DNA from: Cirrosporium novae-zelandiae
Taxonomy: Eukaryota
Direction of reading: 5' to 3'
NCBI GenBank assembly: GCA_026023565.1
Contig: JAPETS010000046.1
Location: forward strand, 62,001-126,000
Length of the DNA stretch: 64,000 nucleotides
Position numbers and translations under genes: made by a program. Numbering within the stretch: position 1 is the first letter of the stretch; every line of letters begins with the position of its first letter. This document shows, piece after piece, positions 23,368 through 35,240 of this stretch. Below the pieces are notes generated by a model that saw only the letters and a list, made by a program, of their open reading frames with translations, ran no database searches and was not told where the DNA came from.

Positions 23368-25842
23368 ATGACTGATAATAATTTCCAAGCCCCAATCATG
23401 GCCGAGAAGATTGAGCAAGCGCAAATAACAGAAGTCAATGTTGAGAAAGGCGACATCATCCAAGTTAAGGATGATACGCTATTGCAAGCCATGGGCTACC
23501 AGCAACACATGAAACGTGGATTCACCATGTGGTCAATGACAGCCTTTTGCTTGACAGGAATTGGCTTGCTTCCTAGTCTTGGTGGTGGGATCACTTTCCC
23601 TTGACAATTGACATGGCTGACGTATTAGGTACTCTTTGGTATTCCTTGGGTTATTTGGGTCTACTCCCTATGACTTGGGGCTGGCTTATTTCGGCCATAT
23701 TGATCCATTCCATGGTATTTTCTTTGGCGGAACTTGGATCTGCCTATCCAACGGCTGGTGGATTGTAAGTTTATCCATCACTTATACCGAGAATTTTATA
23801 GCTATAGTTGAACTGAATCCATACAGATATTACTGGTAATACAAGTATTCTACATCGAAAAGCTTGAGCTTAATTTTCCTAGGACTTATATTTGTGCGCC
23901 AAAGAGAATGAAACGTATCTCTTGTTGGATAACCGTAAGAACCCTAGCTCACAAACAGCCATATGATAACCCATAAGTAGGCGTGGAGTATGATCATATC
24001 AGCCGCCTTGGGTGGATGCTCGATGTTTATGACACAGGTTAGCAGCCTAGCACAGCCTGTCACAACTTGAGAGTCCAGCTAAGAGGAAATACCAGGCGCA
24101 AATGCTTGAGGCCCTTGTTGTCATGTTTGACGACTCATTTGCCCCAACGGTTTGGCAGACTTATTTGATTTTTCTTGCACATATTATCGGGTTTGACCTC
24201 TCATCCTCTCTACTCAATCTTTCATATACTAAGCTCATTTTACTAGCTGTGGCTTGTTAATGATTCTTCCGAGTAAAATCTTGGGGCAGACTAGCAATTT
24301 GTTTGCTTGGCTGGGAACCATTACATTTTTCATCGTGTTGATTGCAATGCCTGCAAAGTCTAAAACGCATACCTCTGCCAAAGAGATTTTTACTGAGAAA
24401 TATAACCAAACCGCCTGGTCCAATGACGGACTTGTGTTTCTTTTGACTTTTTTAACTCCGGCTTGGTGTATTTCAGGTTACGACTCTACCGGTACTTCAA
24501 ATTCATATATTCTCTCACAGTCAGATGATGACATTACATAGTACACCTAGCCGAAGAGACAACGGATGCAGCACGCGTTGTCCCACGAGCCATGTGGATG
24601 TCGACTGTTGCATGCTCTATATTCGGCTACATATTCAACGCCGTGTTAGCATACTGGTACCATCAAACCACCTTATCCATATAACCCTCACTTCTCCACA
24701 GCAACACTAACCCCTATTAGCGCAACCGACATTGACAAAATCATGAACAGCGGCCTCGGGCAACCCCTGGGTGCACTCCTAATCTCTGCCCTCGGCAACG
24801 GCCCCCTCGCCAAATTCCTCTGGATCTGTACTGTCATCTCCAATTTTGGTGTCATATTCGTCATGACCACATCCGGTAGCCGAATCTACTTTGCATATGC
24901 GCGCGACGGAGCTTTGCCGTTTCCCAGATGGATGAGCCATGTTAATACTGTTACCAAGACTCCCATAAACTCAACCACGACTATTTGTGTTATAATTGCA
25001 TTGATAGGGTTAATTTCATTAGGTTCTTCGACGGCGCTGAATGCATTTTTCTCGGGGAGTAGTTTGGCGGGCGCAGTGGCTTATATGATGCCGGTTTTGA
25101 TGAGGTGGGTGTTATAGGAACCCCTTTTTGGTCTTATAGAAAGGAGGGGAGGGAGAAGAGAATGCTAATTTGCATAATTTGCTTAGATGCATATATGAGG
25201 ATAACCCGGATTATATACCCGGCCCTTTTTCTCTAGGCCGTTGGTCGAAATGGATTCGATGGATCGCTGTTATATGGACAGGTAAGTCTGAATCTCAAGC
25301 CCAATCCTTCCTGTCATATCCTACCCATGCCCATCCATCATCCATCAAACAATTATACCCCAACAATATCATCCTTACTACGATGGTCTCGGGCGAAATA
25401 ATTCCTAATACAAACCTCGACTTAATACTCCTCACTTGAGTCTTGAAGATACAAGATAACCCCCATCCCAAATATCCACCGCTTGGTGGTTTACCTCAAA
25501 TCGTTCAAATTCTATCAAGGCCCACCACCGTACCAAGAATTGCTTCGCCCGAGGCCACATTATATATACCTAAATCCCAATCAACTCAACCCTCATAAAC
25601 ACCACCTCCCCTCCCTCTTTCCCCTTCTCAACCCACACTAACCAAAAATCCCAGTATTCACCCTCCCCCTCTTTTCCTTCCCCTCAAGCCCACACCCCAC
25701 GGCCTCAAACTTCAAATGGACCATTGTAATTTACACTGGAATCTTATTGATTATCATTCCCTGGTATTATCTGAGAGCGAAGAAGTGGTTCAAGGGACCT
25801 GGGGAGGGGGAAGTTATGGGGGTGAGGGTAGCTGTGGATTGA
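23368..25842 (+). CDS. APC-superfamily amino acid/GABA/choline-type permease, multi-exon (about 10 introns) including a 9-nt micro-exon
   Basis: MGYQQHMKRGFT, SLAELGSAYPTAGGLYYW, GYDSTVHLAEET, SRIYFAYARDGALPF, PGPFSLGR, WYYLRAKKWFKGP. All GT-AG junctions restore frame. Confidence 0.92.
25379..25562. mobile_element. Degenerate MITE-like insertion (180 bp, ~30-bp imperfect TIRs, TA on both flanks) in the last permease intron
   Basis: Left TA|CGATGGTCTCGGGCGAAATAATTCCTAATAC; reverse complement of right end TA|ATGTGGCCTCGGGCGAAGCAATTCTTGGTAC. The six mismatches beyond the first 3 nt are all transitions. Confidence 0.6.
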
Positions 25843-26838
25843 TTGATTGTTAGGTAGGGGTGGGGGTGGGGATAGGGAGAAAGTAGGGGGGAGGGAGGTT
25901 AAGCTTTCGAATGAACGAGTGAATGAATGCTTGATGGATAATTTGGAATGGATAATAAAGATATATATATCTCTCTATAGTGAACTTTTAAACTTTTGAT
26001 TGCTTTGACAAGGGGGTAGTAGTTAGTGGTAACAGTAATGGGAAAATTCGAGATAAATTGAATTAATGGATTTATTTGCCATCTATCCATAAGCCCTTGT
26101 ATATATATATATATATTCAATATATCCTATAATCATATGTAGAAACTAGTTGATTTAACTTAATCCAATACCCATAATCCCATTCCACAAACCCCCCCAA
26201 CACCCCCAAAACCCTATAATCTAAACCCTCTCTTTCTTCTTTATCCTGATCCCATACCGTTTACTTAGTACCTACACATAACCATTCATATACATACATA
26301 CATACATACATATACACCTCTCATTTTTTTTTTCTCCCCCTTTTCAAACTCAAATCCATGACACCGAACTCTACACACATACACACACAACGAGAGAACC
26401 AATTCATAAATTCCTTATGCCATAAAACAAAAATAAATATCATCTTATCTTATCATATTTTTATCCTATCCTATAACCTATCTAACTTAACGTAAAAAAA
26501 AAAACTAAATAATATCCAAACCCCTTACCCATCCAACCCAAGCCATGTTTTTTTTTTAACTCCCGTTTTTTTACTACTCCCACTTCTCTCTCTCTCTCTC
26601 TCGCTTCGATGATGAAAAAGAAATACCGGTTTGTTGCGCTTTTTTTTTTTTAAGGAAGGGGTTGGATGTTGGATGACTGGTTAAAATAATTAAGTAGGTA
26701 GGTAGGTTAGGTAAGAAGATTTGTAAAGGTTTTTGTTTCATTTTGTTTGAGAAAAAAAAGGGAGGGGGTTGGGATTGTTGGAATTTAGATTACTGGTATA
26801 ATCAGGGGGTGGGGGGAGATAATAAGGGTTATCTATCG

Positions 26839-26869
<31 letters not shown>

Positions 26870-29800
26870 GGATTAGCTATAGATGCTATAATGAAGTTGA
26901 AGTCTATATTAATTTCTTTCCTTTCTTACTTTTCCATTCCCATCATATTATCCCACCACTCCCACCACTCCCATCACTCCCATCACTCCCCCCCTCTCTC
27001 TCTCCCACCCTCTCCAACTCCAATCCTATCAACCAAACCAAACACCCCCAAAAAATTCCAATTCCAATTCTAATTCTAATTCTAGGTATACTCCCTTCCG
27101 AAGCTACTAGATCAAGTTGCTTGCGTATACGACCTAGAATTCCCTAGATCTGAATGTGAGAATACGAGACTGTGCACATCATTATTATTAATATCTCTTC
27201 TGAGGGAAGAGGACGTTTTTTTTTTTTTTTTGCAAAGTATGGGCGTTTTATATTTATATTTATATTTTTTGTTTTTGTTTTTTGTAGGATGAAGGGATAT
27301 ATGAAAGGGAAGAGAAAGGTGTGCTTGTTGCTTGTGCTTGGTGCTTGGTGCTTCCCTTGGGGCCTATGGGAGGGCTATTTGTATTTAATTCCTAATATAA
27401 TGTCAAGAATTCTTACCCCTAGTTTAAGGGGACTAGCATATTTACGCTGTTATAATTAGCTTAGCTTTCGTTTCTGTGTTGCAATAATGCAATGAAACAA
27501 CCCCCGATGGAGTAGGATTCACGGATGGGTATAACGTCATGGTATGGTATGTATGCCTGTATGCCTGTATGCCTGTATTGTAATGTTGTTTTTCTTCCGA
27601 GTCTATATTATCACCATCCCCCATCACCATCACTATCACTATCACTAACGGACTCAGGGAATACAGTACAATACAATCCAATCCAATACACAATCATCTC
27701 CACCTCCACCCCCATGCCATATACCTAGTTCTCCGTGTTATTTATTATATTTATATATTTATTCTGGGGTAAGCCCACCACCTATGCCACTCACATCGTC
27801 GACAGCGATACCTATCATACTATTATAACCTTTCTATAACCGATAGACTATCCCCCAAATCAATCCCTCAATCCCCTCAATCCCTAAAGCCCAAAACCCA
27901 TACCCCAAAAATATATATAAAAAAATTGATCTGGTTGGAAATTGAAATCGATGGACAGATGGAGAAATAGAGAGATGGAGAAATGGGGATATTGGCTTGG
28001 CTATTTATGTTAGTCCGGTGCTACATTTACATTTATATTTATATTTACGTTTTTGGTGCGCATGCGGATTAGATCAGATTAGCTGGGAAGTTAGGAAGTT
28101 GGGAAGTTCGTTCAGGGTTGTGAGGTTTGTTCAGGTAGAGAGGTAAAGATAGATGGGTACTTCTACTGTAAGCTTTGAGCCTTTGAACTTCTGGGGGGGG
28201 GATATCTAGGGACAGACTTCATCCATCCATCCATTCCAATCGTATCGTATTGTATCGTATCGTATCATACAGTACATGTCGTCTACGGCAAGAATATAAC
28301 AAAATATGGCAATGCCAACCGCTTTTATATCCCGTTCCCGTTCTCGTTCCCAGGACGGAGCCAGGGGCCAGGGGCCAGGATCCAAAAACCAGGACCATTC
28401 ACCACCATCACCGCAATATCACCGCAATAGGCACAGACACAGAAAACCTCCAGATAGGTAAATAAATAAATAAATAACATATAATCTATAATATATAAAA
28501 AAGAAATATCCTATCCATCCCTAGTTACATCTACATCAAAAGTTCCTATCTCCCATTTCCCATATTTCAGAGAACAAGAGTTATAAAACACGGAGGAGGA
28601 GGAGATAGGAGAGATTTCGTGGGTATGGTATGATGGCTTGGGATGGTGCGAATGGTGCGAATGGTGCGAACGAAGGGTGTGAAAGGCTATGAAGGGCTAT
28701 GAAGGGTGTGGCTAATTGATAGGTATATAAATGGAATGGGCAGGGCGGGAAAGGCGGGAATGGAAATGGGAATGAGATTGAGAAAGAGTAAGTGAGAAGC
28801 TCTAGGAAGGGGGGGTTGATAAAACCCTAGTAATAATAACAGAATTCCAAGTCTTTACCTCCTAGTTCCTAGCTCCTAGCTCCTAGAAACAGAAACGGTA
28901 CAAGAAATTCAAGTTTTAGCATTAGCATTTCCATTTCCATTTCCACATTGCCATTTCCATATTCTTTGCCATACATATTATGTATGACTAGAACAGGCAA
29001 ACTCTCTCTCTCTCTGTACCCCCTAGAATATATATATATATATATACCCTCCAAAAGGTTCAAAAGCTTAAAAGCAAGCGCCCCCTAATCTACTTATTAT
29101 CTCTCTTTTTTATGACCTCGTCCTAACTTTCTTAATTAGCTGATCTATAAATCCGCATCCGTATCCGTATATCAAAACATCAAACGTAAAACGTAGTAAA
29201 TATTTTTAGCCAATTGACTTCTCTCTAATATAGTGAATCCCATCCAATCTGTCTCTTTCAACTCCTAAATAGATACTTTCTTTTTTTGGGGATGGGATGG
29301 AATGATATTAAAGAAGGGGGTATTGTAAAGTATATAGAGTGTGGATTGGATGGGATGGGTATGGGAGGGTATGGGGATTGAGGGGGGGAGGGGGGGGGGT
29401 ATATACATGGTTATCGTTATGGTGATGAGAATGTGTGGGTATAAGATGGGGAATGAGAATGAATATCTAGTCTAGTCTAGTTTAGTCTTGTATTATAAAT
29501 TCTAAAAAAAATCCAAGAATCAAAAATCAAAATACCTTAAATAATGCAAAAAAAAAAAGAAAGAAATATCGTAATTATAGAAACGTTTTTATATTATTTT
29601 TGATTACTCTCATTTTTTTTTCTGTGGGCTGGGCTACTACCACCACTTAATAATAATAAAGGGGATAGATGTTGTTTTTAGAAAGGAGGAGGCGTGAATT
29701 TGTCTGGTGTTATAGAGAGGATCGGGCATCGGGGGGCTTGGGTATTAATGGGGAGGAGAAGGTGGAGATGGTCGAGGGGAGGGTGGAGTAGACTGGTGGC

Positions 29801-29958
29801 TTTATATTTTTTTGGGACTTGTCGTTTGGGGGGGTTATTATTTAGTAATGATAAAGGGTCTAAATATATTTCTAGAAAGAAGACCTGACATACAGACACT
29901 CCAAGGCCATATGCCCAATATAGAACTTGAATCATCATAACCATGAAATCCTAAAACC
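25843..29958. repeat. Low-complexity intergenic desert 2
   Basis: (TACA)n, (GATT)n, (TA)n, (CT)n, ATCGT, ATGGTGCGA and CCAYCACTC repeats; G-run clusters; no credible ORF; lies between convergent genes. Confidence 0.9.
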
Positions 29959-32740
29959 CTAAAATTCCTCCATCTCCTCCTCCCCCAACAACCTCCTCTC
30001 CGCCAACTCTCGAATCCTCTCCCCCAAAACTCCCCTCTCATACCTCTCCGCCACCTTCCCCGCAGCCTCCATCAGCCTGCCCCCCCGATCCGTCATCAGA
30101 CCCACAATCTCCAGAGCCTTCATACCGCGCTCCTCGCCGGCACGGCACTCGATCGCCAATAACTGAAGCAGGATTTTATCGGCATCGAGTTCGCGGCGGG
30201 CGAGGTCGGATTTCTGGGACGCGGTTGCGGTTGTAGAGGCCAGGAGGTCGGATTGGAGGGAGTGGAGGAGACGGGTGCGGAGGAGGGATTCTTCAAGGCG
30301 GGTGGAGGTGTTGGTTTCTCTTGTTTCTGGGTCGTCGGGGTCGTCTGGGTCGTCGACTTTGGATGGTGGGGGACCGGATACTGGGATCTGAAAGTCGAAT
30401 TCGCTGAGGAGAGGGCGGGGGAAATATGGATAGCGATCTCCGCCTTTGAGGATGATGCAATGAAATTTCTCGAGGGCCACTGCAACAGGCCAGTATGATT
30501 CTGTTTTTCTGCCGCTGGCAAGTCGGTCCAGCCTTTTTGTATCTAGTAGTGGCACCCAGCGTGCTTGTCCCGGTGTTCGCCAGTGGAGTAAAACAAGTAG
30601 AACGCCTGTCGTGTCGTAGATGCAAGGATCGCCAACATCAGAGAAAAACACGTTGTTGAGTTCGGCATCGGATGGTAAGGCTACGACATCTTCGGCCTGG
30701 CAGACTTCGTCTCGCTTGACGTTCTCGATTGTGTAGACGAGTGTGGCGGAGCCGTCTGCACCCACGGGTCCGTTGCCAATGGTAAGGACGTAATCACGCC
30801 AAGCGGCACAGGTTACAGTTGGGGAAGCCTTTTGACGGTAGATTCGGAAAGGGACACCAAAGAGGGTATAGACACGGACATAATTTGCAGAGGTTGTAGC
30901 TACCACGTACGAATCGCTAAGAGCAATGGCAGTAATGTCTTCACCGGGTGGAAGAGAAATACGCCAATCTGTGCGGGCGGTCCAAGTTTCATGCGGACGA
31001 TAGAAGAGCACTGCAGGATCCTTGGTAGTAGGGTTTGGCGGGCAGGAGAAGAGGGTCCCATGGTCGTTGAGGCATACTTTATCATAGAAGTAAGGGTCTG
31101 TGAAATGAAAATCGCGATGGGTACCGCGATCATAGAATTCCACCGTGACGGTGTGGTGCATGTCTTGGTCCACTGTCCAAACGAAGCCTGTGAGATTAAG
31201 GCAGAGATAACGTCGATTTCCGCGCCATGGAGTGCTAGATGGCTGAAACGAAGGATGTAGTTTTGGTTGCCATGCTGCCCGTCGTTTTCCAACTGGAAAT
31301 TCTGCGTCGTCGATATACTCATTAGGTCTTTTTCCAAACTCGTTGATCTTGGTAGATGGTTCGGCATACCCTGCACCATCATCGTCTTCTATGAATAGGT
31401 TCTCGCTATCGTCATCGTGCAAAGGATCGAGCATCTCATCCAGAGAATCAGGAGTACGTGCCCTGACAAGAGGTCTTTTGTGAAAGGGATCCGCGCCATT
31501 AGCAGTCTTATGACGAGAATTTCCATTGACTTCAGAAAGGGGATCATGGATGAATGGGGAAGGTTGTAGTGTCTTTTTCAATAACGATGTCTGGTCTGGA
31601 GGGACAAAATCGGAGTATATAAACAATTCTCCATCAGACGTCGTAAATGAGAATATGTTCTCTGTAGGATGCCACATCAGATTGATCACATTTGCATAAT
31701 TATACCTTCAGTAATGTTAGTGATTGTGTATGGCAATTGATCCATAACCCGAAAAACATCTGCTTACCTTGCAACCACTGTCTGTGTCTTGGTCTCCCAA
31801 AGTAATATATTTTGATCAGCACCGGCACTAGCCAGTAGAGCTCCATTAGGGGACCAGGATAGAGCTGTGATATCCCCAGTGTGTCCAGAGGCAAAAGCAC
31901 GTTGTCGTTCACCATCCCCGCTGGAAATTATCTGGATATCTCGAGTGGCGGTTGCTGCTCCAAACGCTCTCCCATCTGGATGCCATGCAACTCTTGAGCA
32001 TGCCTCGGCATCAGACTCAAGATTTCTAATAACACCATCAACTTTACGGACAAGCTCCCCCTCTTCGGTGCTCAATGAATAGATGTAAATGATTCCATCG
32101 GTACAAGAAACTGCCACGTAGGAACCACTTGGGTCAAAGACTACATGTTTTGCCGCTTTCGGTTGTTCTCGTAAATAGATGACTCGGGTGGTATCTTTAA
32201 CATTAACCACCTTGACCGTAAGTTCACTACCCAGCATTAGCAATTATATATAAAATCGCCAATTGACAACTCACTCGCTAGCAACGGCAACCCAGTTCGT
32301 ATCGGGGGAAATCGCAAGGTCTCGGATAGGTAGTGTGCATCGAACCAGGAACTTGTCCATGGAATATGTGTCTAGGGTGTACATGCAGACCGTTCCATCT
32401 TCAGAGCCAGTAATAAAAAAGTCATCCTAGCATACATTAGACCTCCGAATATTGTTGTTTCGCGAAAGAACTCACAGATGCGACAACGGCAGTATTTGAA
32501 TCTTGGCATTCATCGATATTTTGAGGTTCACCGTCAGAACCGGTTGTATATATTCGAATGGAATTGTTAGATCCCACGGTAATAAGACGTTTGCCATTAG
32601 GGGTGTATGTTAGAAATGTTGGGCCAGGGGTATCTATTTCACAGGTTAATCAGTATTTTTTGACAGTAAAAACATATAGTAGGATAGATATACTGACGAG
32701 CTGGTCTGCCTCGCAGTCTCTGCTGTGTTATTGTTGCCAT
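29959..32740 (-). CDS. CTF4: Ctf4/Mcl1/SepB replisome WD40 protein (Pol alpha-CMG linker), multi-exon
   Basis: N-terminal WD40 repeats (RGRPAHTPGPT.., AWHPDGRAF, GHTGDITALSWSPNG) and SepB/Mcl1 middle domain (HPSFQPSSTPW..RRYLCLNLTG, VEFYDR, YRPHETW, YWPVAV, CIILKG). Confidence 0.95.
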
Positions 32741-32810
32741 TGTTGTATGACGATTTTGACCTCAATTAGAGTGCTGGTTCAATATCTCCGGAGGTCTTTC
32801 GGGCAAAGGA

Positions 32811-32838
32811 ACGCGGTCGCGTCTTGAAATTAGCGCGA
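32811..32838. promoter_or_regulatory. MCB-like (CGCG core) elements in the CTF4 / Mug163-like divergent promoter
   Basis: ACGCGG, TCGCGT and GCGCGA within 28 bp, 70-100 bp upstream of the CTF4 ATG, as expected for an MBF-regulated S-phase gene. Confidence 0.6.
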
Positions 32839-33110
32839 CACGAAATAGATTCATGAATTGATTGAATTGATCGAATTGATTGAATTGATTGCTGATAAGA
32901 TAATAAGGCTTGGCGCACTTTTCTTTTCCCCGGAAATTTTCTACGTCATGAAAAGTTCCCCGGACCAAAGCCCCAGATCTTTACACTCATTATAACCCTA
33001 CCTCCGCATTCCATTTTCTTAGCTATCTCTATAATCTATAAATTTTACTCTTTGACCTATTTTCTCCCTACCAATTCCCTACCCCATATGCCAGTTTTTA
33101 TAAGCTATCG

Positions 33111-34341
33111 ATGACCGCGCGGCTGATGCGGAAAGTCTCAGAGACCTCCATTAACCTCGTCCGCTCTACAACTCGTTCCCGACATGTCCTGAATACGACA
33201 CCACCGAGGAAATTCTCTGTAGCATATTCTTCCTATACCTCGCTCCCTTCTAGGCGAATATCACATGAGACCCCTCCGTATGTCTCCAAGAATACAATCA
33301 GTCAGACTGTCGGAACCATTGAAACAGCTACTTTTCCTAAGGAGAAATGGTTTACACCTTCCACTGTTGTTAGAGGATCGCAGAAAAGGAATTGGAAAAG
33401 CCCGTATAAGGTAAACAATGCGGGCAATACACCCAGCAGTGGCTTGGATGTTAACCCATCGGATAAGCGGACCGTAAAGCTGGGCAAGAGTGAGTCAAAT
33501 TTTCTTCATGTACGTGAGTTTGTCTCAGATGGGAGGTGCCTATACATGCATCCAAGAACGTCCCCAATAAACTCCGAATCCCTTCAAAGGAGGGATTTCT
33601 TTGCAATATGTTTAATGTCTAGGACGACCCCTGTCTTATCACATGCTTCTAATATTTCACTCCCAAATCCACCTAGAACATCTGAAGCATCTGAAGCTAA
33701 TTGGAATAGCCCTCCGTATTTTGCAATCCCGACTTCCTACTCTCCTAAATTCTCCGCTTCCGTCTGAGATTCTTTCCCCGCATATACAGCTTCACATGTT
33801 CCCCTCCACGCACCCGAACCTCCCCACCGTTTCCGGTCGCATGCCATATACCGCCGCGTTATGGACCGCGCCGGTGGCCTGGGGCCGTGTCCCCCTCATC
33901 GGCAACGTTAAGCTTGACATTCTATCCGAACGCATGGTCAAAAACTTTCCTCGTACTCTTTCAGAATCAGGCAAAAACTGGAGCAGCAATGATGCAGTAC
34001 CCGAGCGGCTGATCGTGCGGTGGAAGACCGCCAGTGATTCCCCATCCAACCCCAAATCAACATCCAACTCAAAAATCGCAGAGTGGCTGGGTGGACGCAA
34101 CAAGGACGATGGTTCTTTCACGGGGCTATTCATCTTTGAGTTTGACGAGGAGGGCAGGATATTAACGCATACGATCGAGCAGGTACAAGATGGAGGCAGC
34201 TGGGAAATGGAACCAAGGTTCGTTGGCCTGACGGACTGGTTACTCAGGGGCTGGCGAAGGCGGGGCGGAGCTGCAGAAGGTGGGCCCGGTCTCGCCATGT
34301 ACTGGGACGGCATCAGCGGACCAAAAATAAAACGAAAATGA
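33111..34341 (+). CDS. Conserved fungal protein, Mug163/MMU163-like, probably mitochondrial; exons 33111-33489, 33710-34341
   Basis: Arg/Ser/Thr-rich N-terminus, then RTVKLGKTLRILQSRLPTLL, LSPHIQLHMFPSTHP, VSGRMPY, FTGLFIFEFDEEGRILTHTIE. The family assignment is from memory. Confidence 0.75.
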
Positions 34342-34474
34342 TGTATAAAACAATTGTGCGGTTCTTTATGACTTGGCTGATGCTGGGTGGGCGCATCTTG
34401 AACTAATACGCCGTTTAATAAACGGGTGTAACTTGTTTCTATATCTTATAACTTCTCTAAAAATAAATCTCGTC

Positions 34475-34504
34475 TCTTCTTCTTCTTCTTCTTCTTCTTC
34501 TTCT
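34475..34504. repeat. (TCT)n microsatellite, about 10 copies
   Basis: Perfect trinucleotide run. Confidence 0.9.
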
Positions 34505-35240
34505 TGCAATTTCCGCTACATTAAGTATATCTCCATTATTCCGGGAACACCAGATGAATTAAAAAAAAAAGGATAACTCCTTACCCCCCATCTAAGACGG
34601 CTACCATGTTGATGTTTATGCGAATGTAATGGACCAGTCAGTAAAACAGCCTGCCTTCGAACATACCTACAGTACACAATAAAATGCACTACTCTACTCA
34701 GTACAACCAGCATGGTAAGGAGATAGGACGTTTCAAACAGCAAGTCATGGATTTACTAACCACCACATTGCTCAACGACTTTAAACTTCGACTCCTCTAT
34801 TTGTACAGGACATGTATAAGCAAATAAACGGCAATAAGAAAATGGCTGGCAGGGGAGTAGGAGATGAATGATACAAGCAAACTTATATCATAGCCCTTGC
34901 ATCTATCTAATCAGAGCCTACCAGCGTTCCATTCGGTTCTGGCTCTTCCCGAGGGTTTGATCTTGCTTGTTGCGGGCCCAGGGAATGGTTGATATGCTTC
35001 TGGTAGTATGTTTTAAGAGGCTGGGGCAGTGCAGATTCCTGGAGAGCCGTTATTAGAATCGCCTTCATGAGAATCAGCCCCCGTTAAGATCGTCCCCCAT
35101 TGAAATCATCATCCCCACTAAAATTGTCCCCATATTTCGAGGCAATTTTAGGGATCCAAATTAGGGCTAATTACTTTCGTGTGAAATATTCCTTGTTAAT
35201 TAATTGCAAAGTTTATTAATTACGGTATTGAAAACTTTCC

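Noticed and set aside
27078..27141. Small inverted repeat AATTCTAGGT/ACCTAGAATT
   Set aside because: Only 10-14 bp of stem, adjoining an AATTCT microsatellite; compatible with chance.
34907..35068. 53-codon minus-strand ORF between the Mug163-like gene and CWC27
   Set aside because: Short with no recognisable motif; probably 3'UTR.
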